Origin: Oribacterium sinus
Lineage (GTDB): Bacteria; Bacillota; Clostridia; Lachnospirales; Lachnospiraceae
Direction of reading: 5' to 3'
Length of the DNA stretch: 64,000 nucleotides
Assembly: GCF_963537195.1 (NCBI RefSeq)
Contig: NZ_CAUTEG010000003.1
Coordinates: 1,890 to 65,889, forward strand
Below the pieces are notes generated by a model. That model worked only from the letters and a program-made list of their open reading frames with translations. It had not been told where the DNA came from and made no database searches. Made by a program: the position numbers and the translations under genes. Positions 60,467-64,000 of this stretch are shown piece by piece (position 1 is the first letter of the stretch; each line of letters starts with the position of its first letter).

Positions 60467-61567
60467 TTATTCTTCGCTCTTTTCTTCTCTCTTTTCTTCT
60501 TTCCTGTCCTCTCTTCTCATCCTGTTTCCCTTGTGGCGGAAATCCTTTTGGAACTTTCCTCCATTTTTACAGAAAATCACTACGTGGCGGAAAGGATCCT
60601 CTCCCTCGGATTTTGTGGAAATCTGACTGTCACTTTGCAGTGCGGCATGGATGATTCTTCTCTCATAAGGATTCATTGGCTCCAAATGAACAGATTTCCG
60701 GTTCTTCTTTACCTTGTAGGCAATATTTTTAGCAAGACTTCTTAAAGTCTGCTCTCTTCTCTTACGGTAATCTTCCGTATCCAGCTTTACCCGAAGATAC
60801 TCGTCTCCGTGGTTTTTATTCACCACTAAAGAACAAAGATACTGTAAGGAATCCAGGGTTTGTCCTCTTTTTCCGATAAGGATGCCCATATCCGGTCCTA
60901 TAAGGTTTATGTAAAGCTCATTGCTGCTGTTTCTAAATTCTGTCTGAAGCTCCACTTCCATTTCCATACCCTGAAATACAGAGTTTAAGAAATCTAAAGC
61001 AGCCTTAGTTACCGCTGCAATCTCCTCTTCGGAAAGGGGCGTAAGTTCTCTCTTCTCGGAACTTCTTCCTTCAAAGGACTTTTCCTCTCTCTTTACGGGA
61101 GCGGAAGACATAGGCGCAGGGATAGGATCGTAGCCTCCTCTGCTAAAGCCCTTAAAGCCTTCCTTCTTTTCAAACTTCCTCTCTCTTTTTTCGTCCTTCT
61201 TTTCCAAAGAAGCATTATGGGAAAATGATTTATCCTCCCCGGAAGCCTTTCTTTCTTCCCTTTTCTCAAAACTCTGAGACTTTTCCTCTACAGAAGAGCT
61301 TTCCCTTTTTCCTTCCGCTTCCTTCTTTTCAAATGCCGCTTTCTCTACTGCCGCGGGCTTTTCCGCTGCAACCTTTTCTTTTGCGATTTCCGCTTCATCC
61401 TTTTCCCAGGCTTCGATAATCCAGGGCTTTGCTCCGATACCGAATAAACCGTTGCTTCCCTGTACAATCACATTGTAGGAAATTCTGTCTGAGGTACAAC
61501 CTAAAGAGATGGTTGCCTTTGTAATCGCTTCTTCTACCGTCTTTGCAGAAACTCTAAACTTGTCCAT
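60467..61567 (-). CDS. jag: Jag/KhpB RNA-binding protein (Jag_N, KH, R3H)
   Basis: Jag_N start, KH-like region, and R3H (RRIIHAALQ). Has a long K/E-rich insert and tail. Confidence 0.88.
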   Translation of the reverse strand: MDKFRVSAKTVEEAITKATISLGCTSDRISYNVIVQGSNGLFGIGAKPWIIEAWEKDEAEIAKEKVAAEKPAAVEKAAFEKKEAEGKRESSSVEEKSQSFEKREERKASGEDKSFSHNASLEKKDEKRERKFEKKEGFKGFSRGGYDPIPAPMSSAPVKREEKSFEGRSSEKRELTPLSEEEIAAVTKAALDFLNSVFQGMEMEVELQTEFRNSSNELYINLIGPDMGILIGKRGQTLDSLQYLCSLVVNKNHGDEYLRVKLDTEDYRKRREQTLRSLAKNIAYKVKKNRKSVHLEPMNPYERRIIHAALQSDSQISTKSEGEDPFRHVVIFCKNGGKFQKDFRHKGNRMRREDRKEEKREEKSEE

Positions 61568-61587
61568 AGCTTTTCTCCCTAAGCTTT

Positions 61588-62916
61588 TTACTTTTTCTCT
61601 TTTTTCTCATGCTTTTCATTGTAAAGCTGTACCATGTTTGCCTTGCTGGCTAATGAGCCCTCTTTCGCATTTTGATTGTAATAGTCTGTAGATTCTTTTG
61701 TCTTCAGATTTTGCTTTGCAATCTTTTCCATACGGTTCTTCTCTTCAGAATCTTCCTTAGCCTGCATAAGCTTTAATCTGTTTTCCACGGTCTTTTCATC
61801 AATGGGAGGTAAGCCTTTTTTAGCTCTTTTTTCGTTAGCCTTTGCCATAGCATCCTGTAAAAGCTCTTCATTGGTCTTCTTTCCGAAGTACCAGTTTAAA
61901 ATCAACTGCTGTAAGAGCATAAATACGGAAGAAGCAATCCAGTATAAACCGATTCCGGAAGCAAAGCTGAAGCAGAACCACACAGACATCAAAGGCATCA
62001 TAACGTTCATGCTCTTCATCATCTGCTGGGACTGATCCCCCTCCTCAGTTGCGGTAGGCATGGTCTGCTTCTGCATCAGCAGGGTGGAAGCCCACTGGCT
62101 TAAGCCTGCCAAAATAGGAATTAACCAGTAAATATTTGGGGTAAATCCATAGGCAGAGGGAGCAGTGGAAAGGTTTAAGCCTAAAAAGCTGTTAATCTCT
62201 GTAGACTTTGCCGCAGCCTGCTGAATTACCTGGGTAGCAGAAGGGAAAATCTCCGGAAGCTTTGCCCACTGCGTAGGATTTAACTTATACAAAAAGTCAA
62301 TGACAAAATTATGAACCGCGTCTGCATTATACTTAGCGGGGTCATCCAGACCTAAGTTGTGTAAGGTCTTTAAAATAGATTCCATACCGTTGGCTTTTCC
62401 GAAGTCCAGAAGACTTTGAGCCGCAGAGGAACCTCCGATAGCGGTAGAAACACTTTCATAAACCGCCTTTACGGAAGGAACATAGGCAGGAATGTTCATA
62501 ATAATACGATACAGGGCGAAAATAATCGGCATTTGTAAAAACAAAGGCAAACACCCTGCAGTCATAGAAGTGCCGTACTTTTCATAAATGGCTTTCATTT
62601 CGGTTTGCTGCGCCATCATGGAAGCATTGTCCGTTTTGTTCTTATACTTTTCCTGTACAGCACGAATTTCCGGTTGCATAATCTGCATCATTCTGGAGGA
62701 TTTTTGCTGTTTTAAAGAGGTCGGGAACAGCAAAATACGAGTTACCAAGGTAAACAGAATGATGGCCAATCCAATGTTTGGAATACCGATTCCGTCCAAG
62801 AAAAGGTAAATCCAGTTCATAATCCAGCCCAAAGCATTTACGATAAGGTTCCAGATTGGTCCGAATAAAGGCATATTGGATGTGTTTTTGGTTAAAATAA
62901 TCAGATTTTGAATCAA
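61588..62916 (-). CDS. yidC: YidC/Oxa1 family membrane protein insertase
   Basis: Conserved PLFLQMPIFFALY-like core. TTG start after AGGGAGA. Confidence 0.9.
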   Translation of the reverse strand: MIQNLIILTKNTSNMPLFGPIWNLIVNALGWIMNWIYLFLDGIGIPNIGLAIILFTLVTRILLFPTSLKQQKSSRMMQIMQPEIRAVQEKYKNKTDNASMMAQQTEMKAIYEKYGTSMTAGCLPLFLQMPIIFALYRIIMNIPAYVPSVKAVYESVSTAIGGSSAAQSLLDFGKANGMESILKTLHNLGLDDPAKYNADAVHNFVIDFLYKLNPTQWAKLPEIFPSATQVIQQAAAKSTEINSFLGLNLSTAPSAYGFTPNIYWLIPILAGLSQWASTLLMQKQTMPTATEEGDQSQQMMKSMNVMMPLMSVWFCFSFASGIGLYWIASSVFMLLQQLILNWYFGKKTNEELLQDAMAKANEKRAKKGLPPIDEKTVENRLKLMQAKEDSEEKNRMEKIAKQNLKTKESTDYYNQNAKEGSLASKANMVQLYNEKHEKKEKK

Positions 62917-62934
62917 GTTTTTCTCCCTTCATCT

Positions 62935-63150
62935 CTAGGGAACAGGATCATATCCGCCTTTAGCAAAGGGATTACAACGCAGTAATCGCCAGATTGCCAA
63001 CAATAGTCCTTTCACACACCCGTGCTTTTGTATGGCCTCATAGGCGTATTGAGAACATGTGGGTGTGTATTTACAATGAGAATGTCCCTTCATAGGAGAT
63101 AAAAATTTTTGATAAAAACGAATCATTTTTAACATCAGTTTTTTCATCAA
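62935..63150 (-). CDS. yidD: membrane protein insertion efficiency factor
   Basis: [15 protein letters not shown]...[14 protein letters not shown]. Confidence 0.9.
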   Translation of the reverse strand: MMKKLMLKMIRFYQKFLSPMKGHSHCKYTPTCSQYAYEAIQKHGCVKGLLLAIWRLLRCNPFAKGGYDPVP

Positions 63151-63276
63151 AGCTCTCCTTCGGAATAAGCTTTTTCACAATTTTGAAAAGCTTATATCCT
63201 TATAAAACGTATTTTTTGTCCGAGTTTCTTCCTATTATAATAGGGATTTTATTTCCCTTTGGAAAAAATCAGAATT

Positions 63277-63624
63277 TCAGAACTTCTCTCCATTACTAAG
63301 TATATGATGCCTGCTACATAAATCGAGATAAGCAATCTCCAATTCCGAATAGCTTGCAAAAGCTACCTTCTGTCTTACGACTAAAACGATGTCTAACCCC
63401 TCTTTGATTTCTTTGTGTAATCGAAATATCTCTCGAAGCTTTCTGCTGATTCCATGACGAACTACAGAATTTCCCACCTTCTTGGAACAGGATATTCCCA
63501 GTCGGGAATAGTCTAAGCCGTTTTCCACTATCAACATCACAAAATAAGCATTGGCATAGGATTTTCCTTTTTTATAACAATGCTGAAACTCTTCATTTGA
63601 CTTCATGGAAGGAAAACGTTTCAT
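63277..63624 (-). CDS. rnpA: ribonuclease P protein component
   Basis: 115 aa, GISCSKKVGNSVVRHGISRKLRE (RNR-like motif). Confidence 0.92.
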   Translation of the reverse strand: MKRFPSMKSNEEFQHCYKKGKSYANAYFVMLIVENGLDYSRLGISCSKKVGNSVVRHGISRKLREIFRLHKEIKEGLDIVLVVRQKVAFASYSELEIAYLDLCSRHHILSNGEKF

Positions 63625-63640
63625 AAAATATCTCCAAGGT

Positions 63641-63668
63641 TGAAGAAAGACCGCTTTCCAGCGGCCTC
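63641..63668 (-). terminator. hairpin/attenuator between rpmH and rnpA
   Basis: Minus strand reads GGCCGCT-GGAA-AGCGGTC followed by TTTCTTC. Confidence 0.5.
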
Positions 63669-63736
63669 ATTTCTGTATTCTACAGGGGAAATACTCCCCT
63701 TAAGCTTTTCAAGAAAGCTTCCTTTATGTTTCTGCA

Positions 63737-63880
63737 TTATGCAGATAATCTTGCTCTACCTTTAGCTCTTCTAGCAGACAAAACCTTTCTACCGTTGGCT
63801 GTGGACATTCTCTTTCTAAATCCATGCACCTTTGCTCTCTGTCTTGTCTTTGGCTGATAAGTCATTTTTCCCTTATGCAT
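63737..63880 (-). CDS. rpmH: 50S ribosomal protein L34
   Basis: Below the track cutoff. [47 protein letters not shown], with an AGGGAGGTG RBS. Confidence 0.9.
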   Translation of the reverse strand: MHKGKMTYQPKTRQRAKVHGFRKRMSTANGRKVLSARRAKGRARLSA

Positions 63881-64000
63881 ACGGACACCTCCCTTTTTTT
63901 AGTGTATGGCCTGAAGCCACCGATCGTTTCTCCGGGAATTATTCGTCCTTATCCGAAAGGTCCCGAATAAACTCCTAATTTTGGGTAAACATCGCAGATT

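Noticed and set aside
63881-64000. Start of the oriC / dnaA upstream DnaA-box cluster
   Set aside because: Only a degenerate box-like string (TTATCCGAA) is visible before the window ends, which is insufficient to call.

Overview
This window reads as an origin-proximal chromosomal segment of a Firmicute, with Clostridia or Lachnospiraceae-like gene content and codon style. The right end carries the classic minus-strand block rpmH-rnpA-yidD-yidC-jag-mnmE-mnmG-rsmG, then a DMT transporter, soj/parA, spo0J/parB and DUF4446. Two perfect parS sites lie in this block. dnaA/oriC should sit just beyond position 64000. Most genes are on the minus strand, consistent with co-orientation with replication leaving the origin. 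The rest is mainly housekeeping and transport: dtd, rarA, an M20 amidohydrolase, a DAACS symporter, DJ-1, an AI-2E transporter, an amino-acid ABC system, an M18 aminopeptidase, signal peptidase, an SPFH protein, an LtaS-like sulfatase, yggS, malQ, LysR, comFC, recD2, mreB and rsmA.

The main observations are:
1. A repeated family of long rod-like hairpin elements occurs at five intergenic loci, with seven full cores plus one miniature copy. The units share conserved core boxes, and their arms differ between copies while staying self-complementary. Two loci hold nested composite copies, and one copy is read through as the C-terminus of a gene. No transposase is present in the window.
2. A YjjI-family glycyl-radical enzyme and its YjjW activase are embedded in a BMP-family (nucleoside-type) ABC transporter operon. 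The operon has a consensus promoter bracketed by a perfect 10-bp inverted repeat.
3. An orphan consensus promoter plus intrinsic terminator delimits a roughly 100-nt candidate sRNA or leader.
4. A pair of perfect DnaA boxes lies about 41 kb from the window's origin-proximal end.
5. A visibly AT-rich islet carries relB-relE-NUDIX and AbrB-PIN toxin-antitoxin modules.
6. There are unusually many intergenic tandem repeats, with periods of 9, 13, 19, 32, 35 and 36 bp.
7. Four genes show duplications of their 3' ends that include the stop codon.

No rRNA genes, tRNA genes, CRISPR arrays or transposases were seen. All family assignments come from reading the translations, and no database search was run.
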